Assembly: GCF_009176305.1 (NCBI RefSeq)
Contig: NZ_BLAJ01000014.1
Coordinates: 8,564-32,563 of the forward strand
DNA: 24,000 nucleotides
Direction of reading: 5' to 3'
DNA from: Rhizobium dioscoreae
GTDB taxonomy: Bacteria; Pseudomonadota; Alphaproteobacteria; Rhizobiales; Rhizobiaceae
Shown here: piece after piece, positions 13,419 through 21,490 of the stretch
Layout: each line of letters begins with the position of its first letter
Numbering within the stretch: the stretch's first letter is position 1
Translations under genes and position numbers: made by a program
The notes under the pieces: model-generated
What the model was told of the DNA's origin: nothing
Database searches by the model: none
Seen by the model: the letters and a program-made list of their open reading frames with translations, nothing else

Positions 13419-16400
13419 TCAGAATCTCACCTTCAGATCGGCCCGCAATCCATGCTCTCGCGCGTTGCGAGCCAGTGAGCCGGAATATGAGAGCCCCAGC
13501 ATCGCCCCGTTAGTAAGATTGAGATCAAGACCGGTCTCGATGACGGCCACGTCCTCAGCAATCGGCACGCCAGCTACCGTGTATGGATTGCCGCCCGTAA
13601 ATGCGAGTGACGCGGTCGGCACTTTGTCGCCAAAGGTGTGACGCCAACCAACCATGGCGCGTGCCGTAGCCTCGGCATCCCCGAGCGCAAATCGGGTGTT
13701 CCCCCTGAGGCCTAGCGTCGAATAGGTGACGTCCTCTCCGCCGCGTGATCCGTTGAGAGCCGCATCTCCGCCCTTCTCTGTAAAGTTGTTGCTATTGTAA
13801 TTTACATGAGCGAGACCAGCAAACGGCTCCAACGAGAGCGCCTCCCCTTCGAGCCGATATCCAGCCTCGCCGAAAATCTGGGCGGTGGCTGCGTGATAGC
13901 GACCTCTTTCCGTTTCGGAAAAGCCCGGAAAAGCGACAGACCGGGTCGTATCGACATTGTGCCAGGAATAAGCGGTTCCGAAACGCAAACCCAAGCGGCC
14001 AATCTCGGACCCACCATAGGCACCGATATGGTATGTGTCGACGCCAGCGTTGGAGGCGCGGCTTGCGAGATCATTGGAGGCATGGTCATAGCCGGTGACA
14101 AAGCCGAAGCGCCAATCATCGTTAACGCTCACGTCAGCGCCCAACAGAAACCCACCAATCGAACGATCGAACGATTCTGCATTGCCATTACCGTCCCATC
14201 GCCCCCAGGAGCCGAAGCCACGCGCCCAGGCGGTAACGGCAGTTCCTCTAACCGGGGCCGTGTCCGGCCCGGATGGCCGCGCACCTGCCGAGTCGATGTC
14301 CAAAAAGGCAGCGCGCGATCGATCAATCGCCGCCTCGCGAATGAAGCGGCTGTCCTCCAATATCGCCCCCTGGAGCGAGGCATGAATTTCACCTGATAAC
14401 GCGTCCAGTGCCCGCTGTGCGTCGCTCGCGTCCGGAATCGCCGCCAAGGCCTGGTTGACCAAATTGCCTTGCCCGCTACTCTCTAATCCATTGGCCGCCA
14501 CGCACTGATTGGATGTGCGGGCGACATCACAGTACCTGACCGCGTTGCGCGTGACGTCGACAAAAACGTTTTCGGGATCGTAGGAGAGCGACAAATTCAC
14601 AAAAGGCATATTCTGCGTCAGCTGCTCAAAGGTGCCCGTCACCCCATCATCAGCCGAGAGGATGACCCAACGACTGCCCGGAGTGAAAGTACCGGCGGAC
14701 TTCACCACATCAACCGTTCCACCATGAATAGTTGCTGCACCCGTCGCTCCGATCAAGTCCCCGGCCAAGCTCGGGGTGATGTCTACAGCATAGGTCGAGC
14801 CTTCATCAAATGTGATATCGCCATTGACATGGAGGGTTCCCGGCGAATGACCGGGAGAGATGGTGCCGCCTTGAGCAATAGTCGTTGTTCCGATGGTGCC
14901 GGTGCCGCCAAGTTTGCCGCCGGAAGCGATGTTGAGCGTTCCGCCGAGCTTACCATCGACGAAGAGCGTGCCGCTGGAGATCGTTGTTGTACCGGTAAAG
15001 GCGCTCGAGTCGGCCGAAAGGTTGATGCTGCCAGAGCCAAGCTGCCGTATGTTGCCGCCGCCACTGATCCTACCGGCAAAGACAAGATCGTCGGAACGGT
15101 CGAAGGCGAGCGTTGCATTGTCAACGACGTCGCCCACAATTGAGCCTGATGCGCCGCCAACGCCGAGCTTCAAGGTTCCGTCGCTGATTATCGTATTGCC
15201 GGCATAGCTGTTGGTTCCCCTCAGCGTGAGCGTGCCGGCCCCCGCTTTGACGAGTTCCCCCACACCGGTGATAACTCCGTCCACCCGAAGATCCGCATCC
15301 GTCTGAAGCGTGCCGCCACCGGCATCCAAGCTAACTGTCCGCAGGGTTGCAATATCGGATGTATTTCTAAGGCTGCCGCCGTCGAGGGTTAGTCCACCGG
15401 CTTCGGTACCAAGATTAGAGTCCGAAGAAATCAGGAGTGTTCCGTCTCTGATCGTCGTGCCGCCGGCATAGGTGTTGGCGCCCGTCAGCGTCAGCGTGCC
15501 GCTGCCGGTCTTGACGAGCGCGCCACCGCCGCTGATGACACCGCTCGCCGTAAGGTCGGAGTCTGTTTGAAGCGTGCCGCCACCGCCATTGAGCGTCATG
15601 TTGCGGGCGGTGTCGAACGCTGCGGTTGTTTGAAGCACGCCTGCGTCAAACGTGAGCGCGCCCGCCGTCAGGCCCAGATTGGCGTCGGAGGAAACCCGCA
15701 CGACGCCGCCCAGAATGCTCGTTCCGCCGGCATAGGTGTTTACTCCTGATAAGATGAGTGTCCCCGCATCCGTCTTCACCAACCCGCCGCTTCCAGAAAT
15801 TTGGGCGTTTATAGTCGCCACCACGCCCGGGTCGGTCCTGATCGTGGTCGCCGCGTCGCTGGCGGTCAGGGTATCTCCGTCGATCACATAGCCATCGCTC
15901 ATGAACTGAATGCCCTTGAAACCAACGGCACCAGCGGAATTGTCAATGGTGACAGTACCGGCGCTACCCCCAAATACGGCGAAATCCTGCCGCCAAATGC
16001 CATTGATCGCGCCATTCGCATCGGTCCAATTGCGGCTTGAGGCGTCCCACCTTCCGCTGCCGCCGGTTATGGTGCCGTCATCGTGGCGAGCGACATCGCC
16101 ACCGTCCCAAAAGCCGAGTGTGGCGCCGACGCTGGAGATGAGATTTATCTGACCTGCAATATTGGTTTGGACATAGAGGTCGCTCGAACTGACGCCGCTG
16201 GGTAGAGCGCCCAGGGCCAGGCCGTTATCCGTCAGTCCCCCGCCATAGTTCATCAACCGATAGACACCAGCGCTGAAGCCGCCGACGTCGATGACGTTCA
16301 ACGTGCCATCCAGGGTAAGGTTGCCAGTGACCTCGATCAAATCATTGACACCGCCGCCGATTACGCCCGGGCGACCGAGCTGATAATTGAGAATGGAACC

Positions 16401-18173
16401 GCCATTAAATGAAAGCGAACCCACCGTCAGGGTGCCGGGGCTCGACCCCGGCGCGATTATGCCGCCATCCGCCACGGTGACGGATCCGGCAATCGAGCCT
16501 GAACCTCCGAGTGTGGCACCGCTAGCCACGGTCACAGCGGTATTGGCAAGGGAGCCTTCGACGCTAAGCATGCCATCCGCGACGGTCGTCGCGCCGATAT
16601 AGGTGCTAGAGCCCGACAATGTCAGTTTGCCGCCACCCGTTTTCGTGAGCGGCCCGGAACCGCTGATGACGCCGCTCAGTTCGAGATCGGCGTCGGTCTG
16701 AAGCGTTCCATTGTTGTCCAGGACAATATCGCGTGCGGTGGTAAAGGAACTTGTCGCCTGCAGCGTGCCCATGTCGAATGTCAAGGCACCTGAAAGCGCG
16801 CCGAGGTTGTTGTCAGACGAGACTGACAGGGTCCCACCGCTGATCGTCGTGCCGCCCAGATAGGTGTTCAACCCAGTAAGGGTCAATCGTCCATTGCGGG
16901 ATTTTATTACGCTACCGGCTCCCGAGATGGTGCTCGCGTCGACAAAATCAGCCCCGCTGGTGTCAAAGCCGATCGTCGACATACCGTCTTGCAGGTCAAT
17001 TGAATTGTTTAGAATTAGCCCGCTGCGCAGTGGCGAGATAACCGCACCCGCGCCTGGCGCGATTACGATATTCCCGATGAAATTCGAGCCGTCCAATAGC
17101 TGAAGGACGTTTCCGGTGCCATTGAACTGTATGGCCGCGGCGCGGGTCACACCGTCGCTATTGAGCCCGCCAGCGATGGTGCCACCATTAGTAATGAAAG
17201 TATGTCCCCAGCTGATAACGCCCGCGCCCGCGGCTGCGCCATTTCCCGCCCCGCCCGTGATTGTGCCAATGTTTTGCAGAAAGCTGCCGAAGCCGCCAAG
17301 ATTGACACCCGCGCCACTCGCCCCGGCGCTACCGGTTCCGCCCAGAGAAGCCGTTCCGGGGCTGCCTCCCATGCCGCCGGTGATGGAGCCGATGTTGGTA
17401 ACCTGCGTCGCGTCACCAAAGACGAGCAAGCCGTCACCGCCACCGCCGCCACCGGCGCCAAAGCCGCCGCTACCACCGTCTCCTCCATTCCCTCCGACGA
17501 TGGTGCCTTCATTGGAAACCGTGGCCCCGACAAAAGCCGATACTATACCTGCGCCACCACCACCACCGCCGGCGCCATTGCCCACGCCACTGCTTGCCGT
17601 GCCACCCCGACCACCCAAACCCCCAGACACGGTGACGCCGCTGACAATGAAGACGTCTGAACCGGAAAAAAGAGCGGCTCCGCCACCGCCTCCGCCGCTT
17701 GCAAAATTAAAACCATCCGGCGCAGCCGTCCCATTAACGCCGGCCAAGTCAGCGCCAATCACGACGGAAGCACCGAAGGCAAATGAGGCTCCTGTTGCGC
17801 CGCCCTGCCCTCCGGGAACATCGCCGACGGCCCCATTTCCACCCGCGCCGTTCGTGCTTGCGTTGCCGGAAATAACGTCAGTGTTGCCGGTGCTTGGGTT
17901 GAAGGCACTTGTACCACCGCCATCGCCGTTGCCGGCGCCGCCATTTCCCGTGCGGTTTGGAACGCCGGCACCACCTTCGGCGCTGCAAGGAGCTGTCGCG
18001 GCCGGGCCGCACGCAGCCCAGGCCGATGTAAGATAACCATCCGTCAGAGTAAAAAAGGCCGCCATCGCCAAAGCCGATGCGCTCATCAGTGGTGTCGGCC
18101 AGGCTCGAGGGGTTAGGAAAAGAAAGCAACGCCGTCGCTCAACGAAAGGCACAGCAATTTTTTTCGTTTCCAT
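13419..18173 (-). CDS. Autotransporter (type Va) with a Gly-rich N-terminal passenger, multiple autotransporter-associated beta-strand (PATR) repeats and a C-terminal beta-barrel
   Basis: The signal-like N-terminus is MSASALAMAAFFTLTDGYLTSAWA. The passenger contains long Gly/Ala/Asn-rich stretches. At least four repeats of the form G.LTL.G.NTY.GGT.I..GTL.VSSD.NLG...G.LT.D.G.LQ are present. The C-terminal ~280 aa barrel runs from WARGFGSWGRWDG... to the terminal ...LRADLKVRF. The start is ambiguous: ATG 18173, ATG 18086, or the track's 18227. Confidence 0.92.
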   Translation of the reverse strand: METKKIAVPFVERRRCFLFLTPRAWPTPLMSASALAMAAFFTLTDGYLTSAWAACGPAATAPCSAEGGAGVPNRTGNGGAGNGDGGGTSAFNPSTGNTDVISGNASTNGAGGNGAVGDVPGGQGGATGASFAFGASVVIGADLAGVNGTAAPDGFNFASGGGGGGAALFSGSDVFIVSGVTVSGGLGGRGGTASSGVGNGAGGGGGGAGIVSAFVGATVSNEGTIVGGNGGDGGSGGFGAGGGGGGDGLLVFGDATQVTNIGSITGGMGGSPGTASLGGTGSAGASGAGVNLGGFGSFLQNIGTITGGAGNGAAAGAGVISWGHTFITNGGTIAGGLNSDGVTRAAAIQFNGTGNVLQLLDGSNFIGNIVIAPGAGAVISPLRSGLILNNSIDLQDGMSTIGFDTSGADFVDASTISGAGSVIKSRNGRLTLTGLNTYLGGTTISGGTLSVSSDNNLGALSGALTFDMGTLQATSSFTTARDIVLDNNGTLQTDADLELSGVISGSGPLTKTGGGKLTLSGSSTYIGATTVADGMLSVEGSLANTAVTVASGATLGGSGSIAGSVTVADGGIIAPGSSPGTLTVGSLSFNGGSILNYQLGRPGVIGGGVNDLIEVTGNLTLDGTLNVIDVGGFSAGVYRLMNYGGGLTDNGLALGALPSGVSSSDLYVQTNIAGQINLISSVGATLGFWDGGDVARHDDGTITGGSGRWDASSRNWTDANGAINGIWRQDFAVFGGSAGTVTIDNSAGAVGFKGIQFMSDGYVIDGDTLTASDAATTIRTDPGVVATINAQISGSGGLVKTDAGTLILSGVNTYAGGTSILGGVVRVSSDANLGLTAGALTFDAGVLQTTAAFDTARNMTLNGGGGTLQTDSDLTASGVISGGGALVKTGSGTLTLTGANTYAGGTTIRDGTLLISSDSNLGTEAGGLTLDGGSLRNTSDIATLRTVSLDAGGGTLQTDADLRVDGVITGVGELVKAGAGTLTLRGTNSYAGNTIISDGTLKLGVGGASGSIVGDVVDNATLAFDRSDDLVFAGRISGGGNIRQLGSGSINLSADSSAFTGTTTISSGTLFVDGKLGGTLNIASGGKLGGTGTIGTTTIAQGGTISPGHSPGTLHVNGDITFDEGSTYAVDITPSLAGDLIGATGAATIHGGTVDVVKSAGTFTPGSRWVILSADDGVTGTFEQLTQNMPFVNLSLSYDPENVFVDVTRNAVRYCDVARTSNQCVAANGLESSGQGNLVNQALAAIPDASDAQRALDALSGEIHASLQGAILEDSRFIREAAIDRSRAAFLDIDSAGARPSGPDTAPVRGTAVTAWARGFGSWGRWDGNGNAESFDRSIGGFLLGADVSVNDDWRFGFVTGYDHASNDLASRASNAGVDTYHIGAYGGSEIGRLGLRFGTAYSWHNVDTTRSVAFPGFSETERGRYHAATAQIFGEAGYRLEGEALSLEPFAGLAHVNYNSNNFTEKGGDAALNGSRGGEDVTYSTLGLRGNTRFALGDAEATARAMVGWRHTFGDKVPTASLAFTGGNPYTVAGVPIAEDVAVIETGLDLNLTNGAMLGLSYSGSLARNAREHGLRADLKVRF

Positions 18174-18406
18174 CCCATCCCCAACACGTCTTCGCAGACT
18201 GACTGCCCCACGCCCCAATGTCAGCACCGTGCTTGCGCTTTCTCGTCAAACGCGGAAGTGCCTTTCAATTCCCTCTATCATGAGGAGCATTTTACAGCCA
18301 GAGAATAACATCAAAATTGCGCAACATGCATCTTCGGCGCGCATTCCGCGACTATGTTACGGCACCCAGCCGCTCGCGGTTGAGCAATTGCTACTCCAAA
18401 CATTCG

Positions 18407-18673
18407 TTATTGAGGCCGGACTTCACACGATAGGTAATTGGAAAAGTAAGCGGCCATGGCCATGTTCAAAGGCAATATTTTTGAACGACCCTTGGCAGGG
18501 GCCGCTAAACGCCGCCGAAGCACGCCGGTACCAATAGCGATATGAGGTTGCGCGATGCCGACGACATAGAGCAGGAGCGGCGTCGCCAGGATCGAGCCTC
18601 CGCCACCGAGCAGGCCAAACATGAAGCCAACGATTCCACCGGAGCCAACGGCCGGCAAAATGGAGAAGCTCAT
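18407..18673 (-). pseudogene. Truncated TauE/SafE-family (DUF81) anion permease gene
   Basis: The first ~50 aa, MSFSILPAVGSGGIVGFMFGLLGGGGSILATPLLLYVVGIAQPHIAIGT, form a typical TauE/SafE N-terminus. The sequence then becomes Arg-rich and non-membrane, and stops at 88 aa. The family is normally ~240-260 aa. The ATG is ATGA-coupled to the upstream gene. Confidence 0.55.
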
Positions 18674-19101
18674 GCCCTACTGCTCCAAACCCGGTCGTGG
18701 AATGTCATGCCGATCAGCATGGCAACCACGAATAGCACCGTCTGCGGGATACCAATCGACAGGGAGGCGACGGCAGGGCCGGGACAGAAGCCGCCAATCC
18801 CCCAGCCGAGGCCGAACAAGGCGGAACCGACGACGAGCGGCGAGTCAATCTTCCGGTTCCCAGGTACATGGAAGCTGTCGTCGAACGCGGGATGTCTTAG
18901 CCGCTTCATGACCTGCACGCCGATGAAGGCGACGATGACTGCGCCGCCGAGGACGAAGGCAAGACTTGGATCCCAGTTACCGAAGACGTCGAGAAAACCC
19001 TGGACGCGTATGGGGTTCAGCATGCCGGAAAGCGACAGGCCGAAGCCGAAGGCTATGCCGGACAAGAGCGCGGCGAGGAACTGGTAGATGTTTCTGTTCA
19101 T
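18670..19101 (-). CDS. YeeE/YedE-family (sulfur-transport-like) membrane protein, second half-size paralog
   Basis: ATG 19101 overlaps the upstream stop as ATGA. The translation is MNRNIYQFLAALLSGIAFGFGLSLSGMLNPIRVQGFLD...GLGWGIGGFCPGPA, including the conserved GFCPG motif. The track's longer start at 19308 adds an Arg-rich extension that overlaps the upstream gene. Confidence 0.8.
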   Translation of the reverse strand: MNRNIYQFLAALLSGIAFGFGLSLSGMLNPIRVQGFLDVFGNWDPSLAFVLGGAVIVAFIGVQVMKRLRHPAFDDSFHVPGNRKIDSPLVVGSALFGLGWGIGGFCPGPAVASLSIGIPQTVLFVVAMLIGMTFHDRVWSSRA

Positions 19102-19508
19102 AGTCCGAGCCCTCGAAGAACCGTGACCGCGATCACGCCGGTTGACAGGAAGGTGGCGACGGCCATCATCGATCGCGGCGACAAGCGCGCAAGCCCGACT
19201 ACACCATGGCCACTGGTGCATCCGGATCCCATGCGCGAGCCGAAGCCGACGAGGAGGCCGGCGACGATAGTCAGCGGCCAGTTCGCGGTAATCTCGACGG
19301 TTGGCCACCCGCCGAATGCCAGTAGGTAGCCCAACGGGCCAAGCAGCAGCCCGAGCACGAAGGCGAGATTTGTAGCCAGCCCGACGCCTTGGGCCAGACG
19401 TCCGATTATGCCGCTGATCCCCGCGACCCGGCCGTTTAGAAGAAGGAGCATGGCGGCTGAAGCGCCGATCAGCATGCCTCCAGCCAGAGATTGAGAATAG
19501 GCGCTCAT
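19098..19508 (-). CDS. YeeE/YedE-family (sulfur-transport-like) membrane protein, first half-size paralog
   Basis: 136 aa. It reads GMLIGASAAMLLLLNGRVAGISGI...GFGSRMGSGCTSGHG, including the conserved GCTSGHG motif. It is ATGA-coupled to bigR. Confidence 0.8.
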   Translation of the reverse strand: MSAYSQSLAGGMLIGASAAMLLLLNGRVAGISGIIGRLAQGVGLATNLAFVLGLLLGPLGYLLAFGGWPTVEITANWPLTIVAGLLVGFGSRMGSGCTSGHGVVGLARLSPRSMMAVATFLSTGVIAVTVLRGLGL

Positions 19509-19852
19509 GTGTCTTCTTTCACGCAGAAGATGTCATGGAGGGCGCAGACCAGTTGCGCGGCCTTCTCCTCGGTTAGGCGGTAGAATATCTGCTTTCCCTC
19601 CCGCCGTGTTTCGACAGTTCCCGAGCTGCGCAGTACGGTCAGATGCTGGGAAAGATGCGGCTGATGGATGTCGAGTTTTTCTTCGAGCTCGCTGACGGAG
19701 AACTCTCCCTCAACGAGCGAGCAGACAATCATCAGACGCGCCTGGTGCGACAAGGTCTTTAGGAGATCGGCGACCTCTCCGGCCCGGCCGGCCATCCCCG
19801 CGGGGGAGAGCCCCGCTTTCATCACCGCCTTCGATTCGGTCCTCATTCCCAT
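19505..19852 (-). CDS. bigR: ArsR/SmtB-family redox-switch repressor BigR
   Basis: The winged helix-turn-helix reads LLKTLSHQARLMIVCSLVEGEFSVSELEEKLDIHQPHLSQHLTVLRSSG. An N-terminal-region Cys (IVCSL) and a C-terminal Cys (LVCALHDIFC) match the BigR disulfide-switch layout. It lies immediately downstream of blh. The start is either ATG 19852 or ATG 19846; the latter overlaps the blh stop as ATGA. Confidence 0.88.
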   Translation of the reverse strand: MGMRTESKAVMKAGLSPAGMAGRAGEVADLLKTLSHQARLMIVCSLVEGEFSVSELEEKLDIHQPHLSQHLTVLRSSGTVETRREGKQIFYRLTEEKAAQLVCALHDIFCVKEDT

Positions 19853-21141
19853 GCGGCTCCCTGCAACGCATCGAGGGGAAATTTGAGGTAGCGCTTGCCA
19901 TTGGCCTCCGGCTTTGGAAGGCGCCCGCCGCGGATGTTAACCTGCAAGGCATGCAGGATGAGCTTCGGCATGGGCAGCGTCCTGTCCCGCTTGGTCCGGA
20001 GCGCCACGAACTGCTCTTCCGTCATACCGGCAAAATGCTGGTTGGTCTTCTTCTGCTCGGCCACCGTGCTTTCCCAGCGCGGGGCACGACCGTATGGCTG
20101 GTAGTCGTGTCCGGTAAAGATGCGTGTTTCTTCCGGAAGGGCGAGAATGCCCTGAATTGATTTCCAAAGGACGAGGGCGTCGCCTCCAGGGAAGTCCGCG
20201 CGCGCCGTGCCGCTGTCGGGCATGAACAGCGTGTCGTGAACAAACGCCGCATCGCCGATCACATAGGTGATTGAGGCAAGTGTATGGCCTGGCGAGAACA
20301 GAACCTTCCCATCGATGGAGCCTATCTTGAAGATCTCTGCGTTGGCGAACAGCCGGTCCCATTGCGAACCGTCGGTGGCCAGGTCCGGCCAATTGTAGAT
20401 GCCCTTCCACAACTTCTGAACATCGACGACGCGTTCACCGATCGCCGTCCGGGCGCCGGTCTTCTCCTTAAGATAATGGGCTGCGGAGAAATGGTCGGCA
20501 TGCGGATGAGTGTCGAGGATCCACTCGACGGTTAGACCGCTGTCGTGCACATAGTCGAGGATCGCATCAGCATTGATGGTTGCGGTGGCTCCGGACTTCT
20601 CATCGAAATCGAGCACTGGATCGATGATGGCGCACTTGGACGTCTCGGGATCGGACACGACATACTGCACGCTCCAGGTGCGCTTGTCGAAGAAACCCTT
20701 CACCTGCGGCCGACGCGCGGCGTTCTGCTTGAGCCAGGCGGCAGCGGCACTGGTGTCGAAGCCGCTGGCGCGTCCAAACTCGGCGACGTCTTCCGCGGCC
20801 ATTCGCCCGTCGAGGACCTCGCCGATCAGATAGAGGCTGAGTGACCTCGTGCCCGACTTGCAGTGCGCCAAGACCGGGCCTTCGGAGGCGTCGAGCGCCT
20901 TCTGGAATGCACGCACGTCGGCTTCGGTGATCGTAGCGAGGGTGATCGGGATGTACAGGTAGGACAGGCCGCATTGCTCGGCCTCCTGGCTTTCGACGTC
21001 CGTGCCGGGCTGGGCGGCGTCCTCGCCGTCCGGGCGGTTGTTGATCAGCGTCTTGAATCCCCGGCCACGCAGTGATCTGATATCATCGACAGTCGGCTGC
21101 GGCGAGACCGATAACCTCTCAGAAACCTTGATGACAGACAT
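19843..21141 (-). CDS. blh: Blh: DUF442 (phosphatase/sulfurtransferase-like) domain fused to a metallo-beta-lactamase-fold persulfide dioxygenase (ETHE1-like)
   Basis: GGAGCC RBS, then ATG 21141 (MSVIKVSERLSVSPQ). The N-terminal domain carries the HCKSGTRS active-site loop. The C-terminal MBL domain carries THPHADH (HxHxDH) plus later His and Asp ligands. The architecture and the neighbouring genes match the Xylella/Agrobacterium blh-bigR operon. Confidence 0.9.
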   Translation of the reverse strand: MSVIKVSERLSVSPQPTVDDIRSLRGRGFKTLINNRPDGEDAAQPGTDVESQEAEQCGLSYLYIPITLATITEADVRAFQKALDASEGPVLAHCKSGTRSLSLYLIGEVLDGRMAAEDVAEFGRASGFDTSAAAAWLKQNAARRPQVKGFFDKRTWSVQYVVSDPETSKCAIIDPVLDFDEKSGATATINADAILDYVHDSGLTVEWILDTHPHADHFSAAHYLKEKTGARTAIGERVVDVQKLWKGIYNWPDLATDGSQWDRLFANAEIFKIGSIDGKVLFSPGHTLASITYVIGDAAFVHDTLFMPDSGTARADFPGGDALVLWKSIQGILALPEETRIFTGHDYQPYGRAPRWESTVAEQKKTNQHFAGMTEEQFVALRTKRDRTLPMPKLILHALQVNIRGGRLPKPEANGKRYLKFPLDALQGAAWE

Positions 21142-21172
21142 GACTGGCTCCGTAGTCCATAACAATATACAT

Positions 21173-21186
21173 TATAATATATTATA
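21173..21186. promoter_or_regulatory. AT-only perfect 14-bp palindrome in the blh promoter (candidate BigR box / -10 region)
   Basis: TATAATATATTATA is its own reverse complement. It sits in a ~40-bp pure-AT tract starting 32 nt upstream of the blh ATG. BigR is reported to bind an AT-rich inverted repeat that overlaps the -10 of the blh promoter. Confidence 0.5.
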
Positions 21187-21229
21187 TAATATAATAATCT
21201 CAAGCCTCTTGAGGAGCTTTATTGTCGCG

Positions 21230-21427
21230 GCAGACTACAGACCGAAGAGGCGGCACGCAGACCTAGAAAAATGGCTTGCAGCGGCGCCTCTCCACAGTCG
21301 GCCGGCCGAAGCTGGCATCGCCGAAATGATGGCAGGCCTCTACCGCCGCCCGCTTGATCCTATAGCCGAGGCGCGGCTATTCGAATGGCACCGAATGATC
21401 ATGATGGCGCCTGGATATCGCAGTTAA
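21230..21427 (+). pseudogene. Remnant of a Fic/DOC-family (DUF4172-type) gene
   Basis: The tail of ORF 21002..21427 reads ...RPAEAGIAEMMAGLYRRPLDPIAEARLFEWHRMIMMAPGYRS-stop. It resembles the segment of Fic family proteins that precedes the Fic core (..GIAEMM..LY...PL....LF.WH.ML......G.YR). The Fic catalytic motif region is absent, and the upstream part of the ORF overlaps blh and the AT tract. Confidence 0.4.
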
Positions 21428-21490
21428 GGGCCCAGGTCAGGTCGGAGACATTCAACTGACTCAATATTTAACCCGTGGAAAAAATAACAT

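Noticed and set aside
17116-18036. A 306-aa proline-rich ORF on the plus strand (PPPPPPAPKPP...).
   Set aside because: It is the antisense reading of the glycine-rich (GGN-codon) part of the autotransporter gene. Its extreme Pro/Ala composition is a mirror artefact. The minus-strand ORF is continuous for 1602 codons with clear domain logic.
18333-18360. A minus-strand GTAACA ... CGAA element upstream of the autotransporter gene, considered as a third SigF-type promoter.
   Set aside because: The spacer is 18 nt rather than the 16 nt shared by the two elements at 2704..2936. The -10 is CGAA rather than CGTAGA. ECF promoters are very spacing-sensitive, so this is probably a chance match.
18542-19329. 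Plus-strand ORFs 18542..19087, 18621..18911 and 19123..19329, plus the long 19308 start for the second YeeE-like gene.
   Set aside because: They are antisense or off-frame to the YeeE/YedE-like membrane genes. The ATG 19101 start gives ATGA coupling and a proper TM N-terminus.
19895-21075. Multiple internal ORFs inside blh on both strands (e.g. 19937..20410, 20600..20974, 20545..20844).
   Set aside because: The blh frame is continuous for 432-440 codons with the HCKSGTRS and HxHxDH motifs. The others are Arg-rich shadows.
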